From: a virus
Strand: one strand, 5' to 3'
IMG/VR virus record: IMGVR_UViG_3300017527_000160
Span: 1-64,000 of that record
Length of the DNA: 64,000 nt
The position numbers and the translations under genes were made by a program. The notes under the pieces are model-generated. The model ran no database searches and had not been told where the DNA came from. It saw only the letters and a program-made list of their open reading frames with translations. Below, in pieces: positions 1 to 8,398 of the stretch. Within the stretch, counting starts at the first letter, position 1. The number at the start of each line of letters is the position of its first letter.

Positions 1-357
1 AGACAAGCTGGTACTGGTATATTAGAAACTGTAACTGTTGATATTGAATGGATGTCTGGTGATGGGGTAACTCCAAGAGCTACAAAAACTATCGTTAAAT
101 ACCTTGATTTAGATGACGGTCTTAAAGGCAATCAAAAGGCAAGAGGTAGGTTGTTGAATAAGGCTAAAGGAGCTGCTATTCAACTGATAGGATTAGAAGC
201 TGGAAAAGCTTTTATGAGGACTTTAGGTTCTGAAATATCTCTTTATAAAGAAGGGGATTATGAAGTTCTTATTGACGGCATAAATGCTTCTGCTCAAAGT
301 CAAGAATTTAAAGATACTTTAGTTGGCATTCTTGATGTAAGTTATATTCCTGTATAA
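1..357 (+). CDS. Hypothetical protein, 5' partial
   Basis: Frame is open from base 1 (AGA CAA GCT...) to the TAA at 355-357, which overlaps the next ATG. Confidence 0.7.
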   Translation, partial: RQAGTGILETVTVDIEWMSGDGVTPRATKTIVKYLDLDDGLKGNQKARGRLLNKAKGAAIQLIGLEAGKAFMRTLGSEISLYKEGDYEVLIDGINASAQSQEFKDTLVGILDVSYIPV

Positions 358-761
358 TGGGCTACTTAGGCAACATATTTATTGGTGTAGACCAAACTGG
401 TAATGCAGTAGCTGGAGGTAATCCTGATTGCACTATATCTGGTAGGATAGGATACTATGCTAATCATGCTGATAAAAGTGTTCAGTGGTATTGGAAAGCA
501 CTGCAGTATTGTGTTAATACAACATTCTTCCCATTAGACGGACCGGATCATTGTCATTATGCTTACCATAACGACTGCAATGAGGAGTATATAGAACCTT
601 ACGGTGCCATGGTATTTCTGTTAAGCCTTATCACATTTGTAAGTTGTATGGTATTGATTTTACCATTTCACTTATTATGGTTATTCAATATTGTTAAACC
701 AAAGAGACAGCTTCCTTACAAGGAGTATCTTTTAAAAGAAGGAATATGCCAGAAGGTGTAG
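357..761 (+). CDS. Small phage membrane protein
   Basis: IGVDQTGN..GGNPDCTISGR motif and a long hydrophobic C-terminal segment; coupled start (TAATG). Confidence 0.7.
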   Translation: MGYLGNIFIGVDQTGNAVAGGNPDCTISGRIGYYANHADKSVQWYWKALQYCVNTTFFPLDGPDHCHYAYHNDCNEEYIEPYGAMVFLLSLITFVSCMVLILPFHLLWLFNIVKPKRQLPYKEYLLKEGICQKV

Positions 762-1408
762 AAGATAAAATAGAAGCTGCTGAAAAGTGGTATGCTAAGT
801 TTCAGAAGAAACCGATCACTGCAATTATTGCTATTCTCATGTCCATGGGAACTTTGGGTGTAGGTGCTAAACTTGCGAGTATTGCGGATCCTTATATTAA
901 TGATGCTGTAATAGTTCAGGTAGAGACTACCAACTCTGACATGCAGGATGCATTAGTGATCTTTTGGGACTCTCTCTACAACGAAAGGAGCTCTTCCAAC
1001 AATGATGCTATTATAGATGAGTTAACAGACAAGATGTTAATGTTCACTGCAATGACTGGTAAGAAAGGTTTGAGTGATGAAGGTCTTATGGAGGAGATAG
1101 AGGAGAACTTTGACTTAGCAGACAGCTTGAAAGTCATGATGCCTGCCTTAAAGGAAACCACAGCTTGGGTTGAGGTCAAAAAGAATGAAGATGTAGAAGA
1201 TACCAGGTATGTAAAGTGCGGGTATGTCCTTTATGATACTAAAACAAAAAAGCCCAGATTTTTTGTAGACTGTGATAAACACGCTACACTCAGAGAGATA
1301 AAGCATGGCAGACCTTCTGGGGTTAATTTAAACTCACGCAGAGAAGTATTTTATTATAGAAACTCTGATGATAAGCCAATTATTTTATCATACCTTAGCA
1401 ACTATTAA
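746..1408 (+). CDS. Hypothetical protein with N-terminal membrane anchor
   Basis: 220-aa ORF with hydrophobic PITAIIAILMSMGTLGVGA; lies near lysis genes. Confidence 0.7.
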   Translation: MPEGVEDKIEAAEKWYAKFQKKPITAIIAILMSMGTLGVGAKLASIADPYINDAVIVQVETTNSDMQDALVIFWDSLYNERSSSNNDAIIDELTDKMLMFTAMTGKKGLSDEGLMEEIEENFDLADSLKVMMPALKETTAWVEVKKNEDVEDTRYVKCGYVLYDTKTKKPRFFVDCDKHATLREIKHGRPSGVNLNSRREVFYYRNSDDKPIILSYLSNY

Positions 1409-1435
1409 TTGTCAAACATATAAAAAACCAACATT

Positions 1436-1771
1436 ATGAAAACGTTTATTAACAAGAGTACAGAGATCACAATGGCATTACCTCCGAAAGTTGAAGGTGG
1501 GGAACCGGAAACCTCAGTGATGTTATTTGCAGATTTAGCAAAAATGAGTCTTAACACAGCACCTCAAGGAGGCTGGACTACAGACGAGATGAGAACGCGT
1601 ATCAATATCACTGATAAGCTGGAAGATCTTAAAGTAGATGTTAAGGTGAAATTAGAAGATGCTGAATTTGAAAAGATACTTGAGTGCTCTAAAATAAAAT
1701 GGAACTTTATGCATAAGGATATTGTTGCATATGAAGACCATTTACTAGAACTTAAAACCGCTAAAAAATAA
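1436..1771 (+). CDS. Hypothetical protein
   Basis: 111-aa ORF preceded by an A-rich leader containing AACCAACA. Confidence 0.75.
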   Translation: MKTFINKSTEITMALPPKVEGGEPETSVMLFADLAKMSLNTAPQGGWTTDEMRTRINITDKLEDLKVDVKVKLEDAEFEKILECSKIKWNFMHKDIVAYEDHLLELKTAKK

Positions 1772-1777
1772 CCACAC

Positions 1778-2110
1778 ATGGAACCCGTAACTTCTTTACC
1801 AATGGATCCTACAACTTCTTTACTATTTGGAGTTGCAGGCGCAGTGATATTAATACTACTTGCTGTAGTTGGATTCTTCTTAGCAAGGATTGTATCAGAT
1901 CTCAAATCTAACACTACAGAAATTGGTAAGAATAAAGGACGTATAGAACTTGTTGAACAACAACAGGAAAATGATATGCGCAGAATTGAAGAAGTTACCC
2001 AGTTGGAATTACGCACGATGTCTATTGGTATAAATCAATTGACATCCAATGTAAATACACTTGTCACAGCATTAGCTAAAAAGGGAATCGAAGCAGAGGA
2101 CAAGTCATAA
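1778..2110 (+). CDS. Holin-like single-TM coiled-coil protein
   Basis: Strong TM helix LLFGVAGAVILILLAVVGFFLA followed by coiled coil; near the endolysin. Confidence 0.5.
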   Translation: MEPVTSLPMDPTTSLLFGVAGAVILILLAVVGFFLARIVSDLKSNTTEIGKNKGRIELVEQQQENDMRRIEEVTQLELRTMSIGINQLTSNVNTLVTALAKKGIEAEDKS

Positions 2111-2123
2111 TTCTGTCCTCTGA

Positions 2124-2153
2124 TTTGATATAGTCAATATAATTCAGTATATT
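2124..2153 (+). promoter_or_regulatory. Putative phage promoter TTTG-N20-TATATT
   Basis: TTTG at 2124-2127 and TATATT at 2148-2153; the same layout recurs upstream of several operons. Confidence 0.6.
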
Positions 2154-2212
2154 ATAGTAAATAGACTGACTTATGAATATTACTCAGGACATCGTCTAGT
2201 TATTTATAAACT

Positions 2213-2244
2213 TTTGATATTTAAACTTATTTTAGTTACCTTTG
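2213..2244 (+). promoter_or_regulatory. Bacteroidota-type sigma-A promoter (TTTG-N20-TAnnTTTG)
   Basis: TTTG at 2213-2216, 20-nt spacer, TACCTTTG at 2237-2244; ATG at 2269. Confidence 0.65.
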
Positions 2245-2268
2245 CCTGTAACTAAAAATAGATTTATA

Positions 2269-2664
2269 ATGTCAGAAGAAAACCAACAAGATTCTGCTCA
2301 GAAGGAATACTCCGAAGAAGAGCTCGCAAAGATGCGCGACAAGATGACTAAGTTCTATAAGGACGAAGCTAAGCATCTACAACCCCAAGCAGCATACTAT
2401 AGACTCCTAGCTGAGATCGAAGAGAACAAAGTTCGTAGATATTCTGCGATGGCTCAAGGTGCTCACATGTATGCTCAAGCTGAACAGGCTGAGAATGAAG
2501 CGAAAGCTGCAATGACTCAAGCTAAAGCTAAAGCAGAAGCAGAAGCAGCTGCAAAAGAGAATGGTAAAGTACCACCAAATGCGCCTGGTGATGCAGAACC
2601 AAAGGCAAAACCTACACCTCCTGCAATGGCTGAGAAAGCTCCACGTAAACTTAAAAAAGACTAA
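2269..2664 (+). CDS. Hypothetical helical protein with Ala/Lys/Pro-rich tail
   Basis: ATG 2269 preferred over TTG 2242, which lies inside the promoter. Confidence 0.75.
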   Translation: MSEENQQDSAQKEYSEEELAKMRDKMTKFYKDEAKHLQPQAAYYRLLAEIEENKVRRYSAMAQGAHMYAQAEQAENEAKAAMTQAKAKAEAEAAAKENGKVPPNAPGDAEPKAKPTPPAMAEKAPRKLKKD

Positions 2665-2665
2665 G

Positions 2666-3559
2666 ATGGTATATAAGAAAGGAAGTACAGGAAGGATGGT
2701 AAAAGCGATTCAAGAAACGCTAGGTTTACCTATAGACGGGCAATTCGGACCCAAGACTGAAGCTGCTGTTGTAGCATGGCAGATGGATCACAACTTAGTT
2801 GCTGATGGTATCGTAGGAAAGAAGACACTTGAGGAAATGGGTATCTTAGATACTGATATGAAGAAAGCATCTTTACGTTTAGCAAATGGTCTAAACATTC
2901 AGCAGGAGTTTCTTCCTAAAGGAGAATACATACAGAACGACCAACCTATTTTAAATGACTATGTGTTTATACATCATACGTCTGGTTGGAATAACCCGTT
3001 CAAAGTAATCAACTCTTGGGGTAGAGATGACCGTGGTAGAATCGCTACTGAGTTCGTCATTGGTGGACAGAACGTTAAGAATAACAATGATGACCATGAT
3101 GGTGTCACTGTTCAAGCATTCCCTGAAGGGTGTCAAGGTTGGCATCTAGGTCCAACTGGTTCAAGATACATGAATAGACATTCTGTAGGGATAGAGCTAT
3201 GCGCTTTCGGTTATCTTACTGATGACGGTAAGACTTACACGGGAACTACGGCTCACCAGGATCAGATCGTAGAATTAGCTGAGATTTTCCATAAACATGC
3301 TAAGTGGCATAAGTATTCGGATAAGCAACTGTATAGTCTTAAACGATTGTTACAGTACATAGCTTCTCGTGACAGTATTGATTTACAAGAAGGTTTAGTT
3401 AAGTGGATTCATAAGATGGGTGCTACGAAAGCATTCGGTTTCCAACAAGATGCTTATGAAGGAAAGGTAAAAGGTTTATTAACTCACACTAATGTTAGGA
3501 AGGATAAGACAGATTGCTTTCCACAACAGGAGTTAATAGATATGTTGTTAAGTCTGTAA
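2666..3559 (+). CDS. Endolysin: peptidoglycan-binding domain plus N-acetylmuramoyl-L-alanine amidase (Amidase_2-like)
   Basis: PG-binding repeats (DGQFGPKTEAAV, DGIVGKKT); Zn-amidase motifs IHHT, GWH, GIEL, LTH..RKDKTDC. ATG 2666 follows the upstream stop. Confidence 0.88.
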   Translation: MVYKKGSTGRMVKAIQETLGLPIDGQFGPKTEAAVVAWQMDHNLVADGIVGKKTLEEMGILDTDMKKASLRLANGLNIQQEFLPKGEYIQNDQPILNDYVFIHHTSGWNNPFKVINSWGRDDRGRIATEFVIGGQNVKNNNDDHDGVTVQAFPEGCQGWHLGPTGSRYMNRHSVGIELCAFGYLTDDGKTYTGTTAHQDQIVELAEIFHKHAKWHKYSDKQLYSLKRLLQYIASRDSIDLQEGLVKWIHKMGATKAFGFQQDAYEGKVKGLLTHTNVRKDKTDCFPQQELIDMLLSL

Positions 3560-3571
3560 AACCAACATAAA

Positions 3572-3940
3572 ATGGCACAAGCAAATTTAGTATCCAAGAA
3601 GGTACGAATGGGTCATCGCGACATCATTAAGTATCAATTGGTAACACATTGCTTTATAAACGACATCCAACTCTCTAGCAATGAGTTGGACTGTCTTGCC
3701 TTACTAGGAGCTTATGGTGAACATGAGCTTTCTGAGTTTTGTAACATTGCTGTAGATGAGAAGATCTTTAAGACCGCTCAGACAGTAAGGAACTTCATGA
3801 CTAAGGCAGGTAAAGTAAACCTTGTTAACAAGGATCGTACAAACAAGAAGAGGATCTCACTGAGGGAAGAACTCAAAATACAAACAGAAGGGAATATAGT
3901 ATTAGACTTTAAAGTAGTTTATGTTACCGAAAGCGAGTAA
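3572..3940 (+). CDS. Small putative winged-helix DNA-binding protein
   Basis: LSSNELDCL...TAQTVRNFMTK..KVNLV pattern resembles a wHTH. Confidence 0.45.
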   Translation: MAQANLVSKKVRMGHRDIIKYQLVTHCFINDIQLSSNELDCLALLGAYGEHELSEFCNIAVDEKIFKTAQTVRNFMTKAGKVNLVNKDRTNKKRISLREELKIQTEGNIVLDFKVVYVTESE

Positions 3941-4325
3941 ACACTATATACAACCTACGGCTGAAGAGCTAGACCTAGATGCACAACTTATAGAACATGC
4001 TGTATCATTTTACTATTCGACTTTGAGAAAAGCTCTGTCGGATTTAAAATGCTATAACATACAGGTTGAGAATATAGGTACGTTTAAAGCCAAGTCGAAA
4101 GAACTTCCTAAGCTGATTGCTAAGTATAACAAGCACCTGAGTGTACTCAACGTTGAAACTTTCAGAGGTATGCAAACCAAGAAAGATGTTGAGGGTAAAC
4201 TCGCAAAGGTTGTTGGACTACAAGATCAGATAAACGAAACTCGTGAGAGGAAGAAAGAATTTTTTAAAAACAAGAAGAATGGGAACACTGGGACAAATAT
4301 GGAAAGCAAGGAAACAGATCCTTGA
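3921..4325 (+). CDS. HU/IHF-like basic DNA-binding protein
   Basis: Helices followed by IQVENIGTFKAK, similar to the HU/IHF VxIxGFGTF strand. Confidence 0.5.
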   Translation: MLPKASKHYIQPTAEELDLDAQLIEHAVSFYYSTLRKALSDLKCYNIQVENIGTFKAKSKELPKLIAKYNKHLSVLNVETFRGMQTKKDVEGKLAKVVGLQDQINETRERKKEFFKNKKNGNTGTNMESKETDP

Positions 4326-4632
4326 GGGTGTTAAGAATACCGTTGTGAAAGATGAGTTCGTAGAACTTGTTGCTGCAAATAGAATGGAGATATGTAAAGC
4401 ATGTCCTAAGTTTGACGGTAAGTGTACTGTGGCAGGAACAGGTCCATGCTGTGGAGCTTGTGGATGTAGTCTTAAGTTTAAAGTCAGGTCTATGTCAACG
4501 TTCTGTGGAATGACTAATATAGGAGAAGATCCTAAGTGGATGGCAATAATGTCACAAGAAGAAGAGCAGAAAATGCTGGAGGAAGAATTAGTTTTGTTAG
4601 AAAAGACTAAGGATGAGCGGACAGATACCTGA
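4279..4632 (+). CDS. Cys-rich small protein, probably Zn-binding
   Basis: RMEICKACP..C...CCGACGC...C..KW; ATG 4279 chosen. Confidence 0.7.
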   Translation: MGTLGQIWKARKQILEGVKNTVVKDEFVELVAANRMEICKACPKFDGKCTVAGTGPCCGACGCSLKFKVRSMSTFCGMTNIGEDPKWMAIMSQEEEQKMLEEELVLLEKTKDERTDT

Positions 4633-4903
4633 ACAAACTGATGGAGTAGCTGTTGTACACGGTAGCCACGCACGAGATCTGAACGAATATTATCCTAATG
4701 AGATGTTTGAAAGGAACTTGGTAGACTGGTATGAATGGTACTGCATTGAAGGGCACATCACTAAAGAAGAACATGCTAACGTAACAGCCATGCTTGCTTC
4801 AGAAGATAAAGAGAACTATACAGTTGCTATAGAAATAATAAAGATAATACAGACAAAATGGAACTTAAATTCACCGCAGAAAATCACAAGTACGAAACAG
4901 TAG
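4613..4903 (+). CDS. Hypothetical protein
   Basis: 96-aa ORF filling the gap between neighbours with short overlaps. Confidence 0.6.
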   Translation: MSGQIPEQTDGVAVVHGSHARDLNEYYPNEMFERNLVDWYEWYCIEGHITKEEHANVTAMLASEDKENYTVAIEIIKIIQTKWNLNSPQKITSTKQ

Positions 4904-5682
4904 ATGATCCTAGTAAGAAGTGGGTTAGTGCTACTGGAATACTGAAAGGACTAACAGAACCGTTTGATCAGCTAGCAGTAGCTACAAGATCATCTAAGAG
5001 TAAGCGTTCCAAATGGTACGGATTAACTCCTAAAAGGATTATTGAAATATGGGATAAAGAAGCAAAACGTGCGACTGACTTGGGCTCATGGTATCATGAC
5101 CAAAGAGAGACAGATTTGCTGGCTTGCTCTACCGTACAACGAGATGGTAAAGACCTTCCCATCGTTCATCCTATACTCGACGGTCTTTTAAAGTTTGCTC
5201 CAGATCAACAGGTAGTGCCTGGTATTTACCCAGAACACTTCGTTTATTTGAAGAGTGCTTTGATATGCGGACAAGCCGATAGAGTAGAGGTTGTAGGGAA
5301 CAAGGTGAATGTTTATGACTACAAGACGAACAAAAAGATGCGTGAGGCGTATACTAATTGGGAGGGTAAGACTAAGATGATGTTGGGTCCTATAAGTCAT
5401 CTTGAGGATTCGGATCTCATACACTACGCTTTACAGCTAAGTATTTATATGTATATCATATTGAAGCATAACCATACACTTGAACCAGGTAAACTGGAGA
5501 TATCACACATCATGTTTGAAGTTGATTCTGTGGATGAATTTGGTTTCCCAACGTCAGCAATCGATGCTGCAGGAGATCCGATTATAAAAGAAATCGTACC
5601 TTACGAGTTACCATACCTTAAGAAGGAAGTGATGGCTATGATAAAGTACATAAAGATGAACCCTAAAGAATTCGGAAGATGA
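4858..5682 (+). CDS. PD-(D/E)XK family exonuclease
   Basis: GQAD...VYDYKT and HYALQLSIY motifs; position upstream of terminase is typical of crAss-like phages. Confidence 0.85.
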   Translation: MELKFTAENHKYETVDDPSKKWVSATGILKGLTEPFDQLAVATRSSKSKRSKWYGLTPKRIIEIWDKEAKRATDLGSWYHDQRETDLLACSTVQRDGKDLPIVHPILDGLLKFAPDQQVVPGIYPEHFVYLKSALICGQADRVEVVGNKVNVYDYKTNKKMREAYTNWEGKTKMMLGPISHLEDSDLIHYALQLSIYMYIILKHNHTLEPGKLEISHIMFEVDSVDEFGFPTSAIDAAGDPIIKEIVPYELPYLKKEVMAMIKYIKMNPKEFGR

Positions 5683-6194
5683 TAAAGTTACTAGATATCC
5701 AGAACAAGGTTGTTATACCTACAGAGCATTGTCAAACTATCAAATGGCTCAAAGTCATACAGGATAAGTTTCCAGATGACTACATGAAATTATATGCTTA
5801 CATTTTCTACATGGCATGTCCTGGAGAAGCTAATCCTTACTTCAACCTTGTAATGGATCTTCGAGAGGAGACAGTGATCCAAGACATCGAAGTTAACAGA
5901 GATTTATTAGAAGAAGATGAAGTGATAGAGGCTGTGGAAAAAGCAACTAAGCTTTATGAAACACCTACTGTACGAGCGTACAAAGGTATCACTACCATGT
6001 TGGATAACATCACGGAGTATATGGAAACGACGAAACCTACTGCCGGTAGGGATGGAAATCTTCCAGCTATGATACGATTGGCTAAAGATTTTGATGATAT
6101 ACGTCAGTCTTATAAAGGTGTGGCAAAAGACTTAGCCGCAGAACAAGAGTCTCAGGTTCGTGGTGGACAGAACTTAGGATATGATCAAATATAA
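5679..6194 (+). CDS. Conserved protein upstream of TerL, candidate terminase small subunit
   Basis: Helical 171-aa protein coupled to TerL (TAATG); C-terminal VRGG. Confidence 0.45.
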   Translation: MIKLLDIQNKVVIPTEHCQTIKWLKVIQDKFPDDYMKLYAYIFYMACPGEANPYFNLVMDLREETVIQDIEVNRDLLEEDEVIEAVEKATKLYETPTVRAYKGITTMLDNITEYMETTKPTAGRDGNLPAMIRLAKDFDDIRQSYKGVAKDLAAEQESQVRGGQNLGYDQI

Positions 6195-8398
6195 TGGAGA
6201 TACTAGACTTTCATAGACTGATACCTACGTACGATAACGGAACGTGGACAGAAACAGAGTTCACTGACCTGCAAGAGTTCCGTGATTTTGTTAAGAGTAC
6301 TTTTAGAGAACCCGGTAAGTATGAGTTCGATGAGACATCAGAATTATTTAATGCACAGGCCCGTCTGTTTAAATCACAAGGTGAAGCCTATTGCTTATCT
6401 GCTTTCAGAAGCAAAGACTTCATTAACTACTGGGATCTGGAGAAGCGCAAGTCTCGCGTTGGATGTATCTTCAAGAACAACGGTAAGGTTTGGTACTTAC
6501 CTCGTGACTATTATTTTTGGATTAATTTCCTTCCTATCTACGACAAGATCAAGAAAGACTTTGCCTTTGCGCAAGTATGGGATGTACAGTTACATATGGC
6601 TCTCTATGAGGAGTTAGCTGAACTTCATTACAAGCATGCGAGTATATTTAAGAAACGGCAGATAGCTTCGTCTTATTTTCACATGGGGAAACTGATCAAC
6701 AGGATCTGGTTTGAACCAGGAGCAATACTTAAGATGGGTGCATCCCTAAAGGATTTCATTAACCTTGCTGGATCTTGGAAGTTCTTGGAAGAGTACCGTG
6801 CATTTCTGAATGCGAACACTGCATGGTATCGACCGATGAATCCAGGTAAGGTATTAGAGTGGCAACAGAAGATTGAAGTAACTCAGGGTGGTAGAAAGAA
6901 AGATGTGGGTCTCAAAGGAATGATCACAGGTATGTCATTCGAGCAGAGTGATACAAAAGGTGTCGGTGGACCTTGTACAATCTTCTTCTATGAGGAGGGT
7001 GGTGTTGCAAGAACCGCTGATAAAACTTTCGAGTTTATCCGTCCTGCAATGCAAGCAGGAGATATTACCACAGGGCTGTTTATTATTGCAGGTTCTGTAG
7101 GTAAGCTTAAGGATGCTGGACCACTGAAAGACTTTACATATAATCCAGAAGCCAATGATATCTACGCAGTGGATACAGATCTTATCGATGAGAAGCGTAC
7201 TAAAGGAAAGAGCGGATTGTTTATTCCTGAACAATGGGGTATGCCTCCATATATCGATGAGCATGGTAACTCTCAAGTTGAACAAGCTCTTGCTTCACTA
7301 GAAGCTAAATTCGAGAAGTGGAAGAAAGAGTTATCACCAGAACGTTATCAGATACGTATCTCACAGCATCCTAGAAACATCAAGGAAGGATTCGCCCACA
7401 GGGAGGAGTCTAAGTTTCCAATGAGTTTAGTTACACATCAGAAACGTGAGATCGAAGAAAAGATGTATCCGTTTGAACTGATAGATCTCTCAGAAGATTT
7501 CGCAGGGAACCTTGTGGTAAAGAAGACTACTAAACCGCCTATCACTGATTTCCCAGTCAAGCCTAACATGGAGGATAAGACGGGAACCATAGTAGTATGG
7601 GAACGCCCGGGTGATAATCCTGAACATGGTGAGCATTACGCATCGATAGATCCCGTGTCAGAGGGAAAGACAACTACCTCTGATTCACTTTGTTCTATTT
7701 ATGTTTACAGGTCAGCTACTCAAGTGAAGCGTTACACTGAAGATGGTATAGAGAACTTTGTAGAGGGTGATAAGATTGTTGCTGCTTGGTGTGGTAGATT
7801 CGATGACATCAACAAGACACACGATCGCTTACGTATGATTATCGAGTGGTATAATGCACAGACCTTGATTGAGAATAACATCTCGCTGTTCATTCAGTAT
7901 ATGATCAAGATGAGAAAGCAGAAGTACTTGATCCCAAAGAACCAGGTTATATTCCTGAAGGAAGCTCAAGCAAACAAGACAGTATACCAAGACTACGGTT
8001 GGAAGAATACAGGTACTCTCTTCAAGAACCATATGCTGAACTATCTTATTGAGTGGCTTAAAGAAGTTGTTGAAGAAGACATCGATGACTTAGGTGTTAT
8101 CCAGAAGAAGCACTACGGGATTCGCAGGTTACCTGATATGATGGCATTGATTGAAATGGAACACTATGATGGTGTTGTCAATGTCGATAGATTGGTATCT
8201 TTGGCAGCGCTGATTGCGTTCGTTAAAGTACGAGAATCTAACGCTCCACGACCGGTCAAGGTAGAAAATGAAATAGGTAATGGCTTGGAAAAGTCGGAAA
8301 ATTTGTATAAATTAAAGAGTGGTGCCTTCAAGCATGTTGGGAGATCTAATAAGACTCAATCAACTAAACGTAGGTCGCCATTTAAACGTATTCGCTAG
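6194..8398 (+). CDS. terL: Terminase large subunit
   Basis: Walker A-like KKRQIASS, Walker B IFFYEEGG, RNase H-like ASIDP and IENN, C-terminal VDRLVS. Confidence 0.9.
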   Translation: MEILDFHRLIPTYDNGTWTETEFTDLQEFRDFVKSTFREPGKYEFDETSELFNAQARLFKSQGEAYCLSAFRSKDFINYWDLEKRKSRVGCIFKNNGKVWYLPRDYYFWINFLPIYDKIKKDFAFAQVWDVQLHMALYEELAELHYKHASIFKKRQIASSYFHMGKLINRIWFEPGAILKMGASLKDFINLAGSWKFLEEYRAFLNANTAWYRPMNPGKVLEWQQKIEVTQGGRKKDVGLKGMITGMSFEQSDTKGVGGPCTIFFYEEGGVARTADKTFEFIRPAMQAGDITTGLFIIAGSVGKLKDAGPLKDFTYNPEANDIYAVDTDLIDEKRTKGKSGLFIPEQWGMPPYIDEHGNSQVEQALASLEAKFEKWKKELSPERYQIRISQHPRNIKEGFAHREESKFPMSLVTHQKREIEEKMYPFELIDLSEDFAGNLVVKKTTKPPITDFPVKPNMEDKTGTIVVWERPGDNPEHGEHYASIDPVSEGKTTTSDSLCSIYVYRSATQVKRYTEDGIENFVEGDKIVAAWCGRFDDINKTHDRLRMIIEWYNAQTLIENNISLFIQYMIKMRKQKYLIPKNQVIFLKEAQANKTVYQDYGWKNTGTLFKNHMLNYLIEWLKEVVEEDIDDLGVIQKKHYGIRRLPDMMALIEMEHYDGVVNVDRLVSLAALIAFVKVRESNAPRPVKVENEIGNGLEKSENLYKLKSGAFKHVGRSNKTQSTKRRSPFKRIR
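8285..8313 (+). promoter_or_regulatory. Putative promoter embedded in the terL 3' end
   Basis: TTGGAA AAGTCGGAAAATTTGTA TAAATT aligns with the intergenic promoter family; about 85 nt upstream of the portal ATG. Confidence 0.4.

Noticed and set aside
4858-5682. Cas4 or CRISPR association of the nuclease
   Set aside because: No Fe-S Cys set, no repeat-spacer array and no other cas genes seen.
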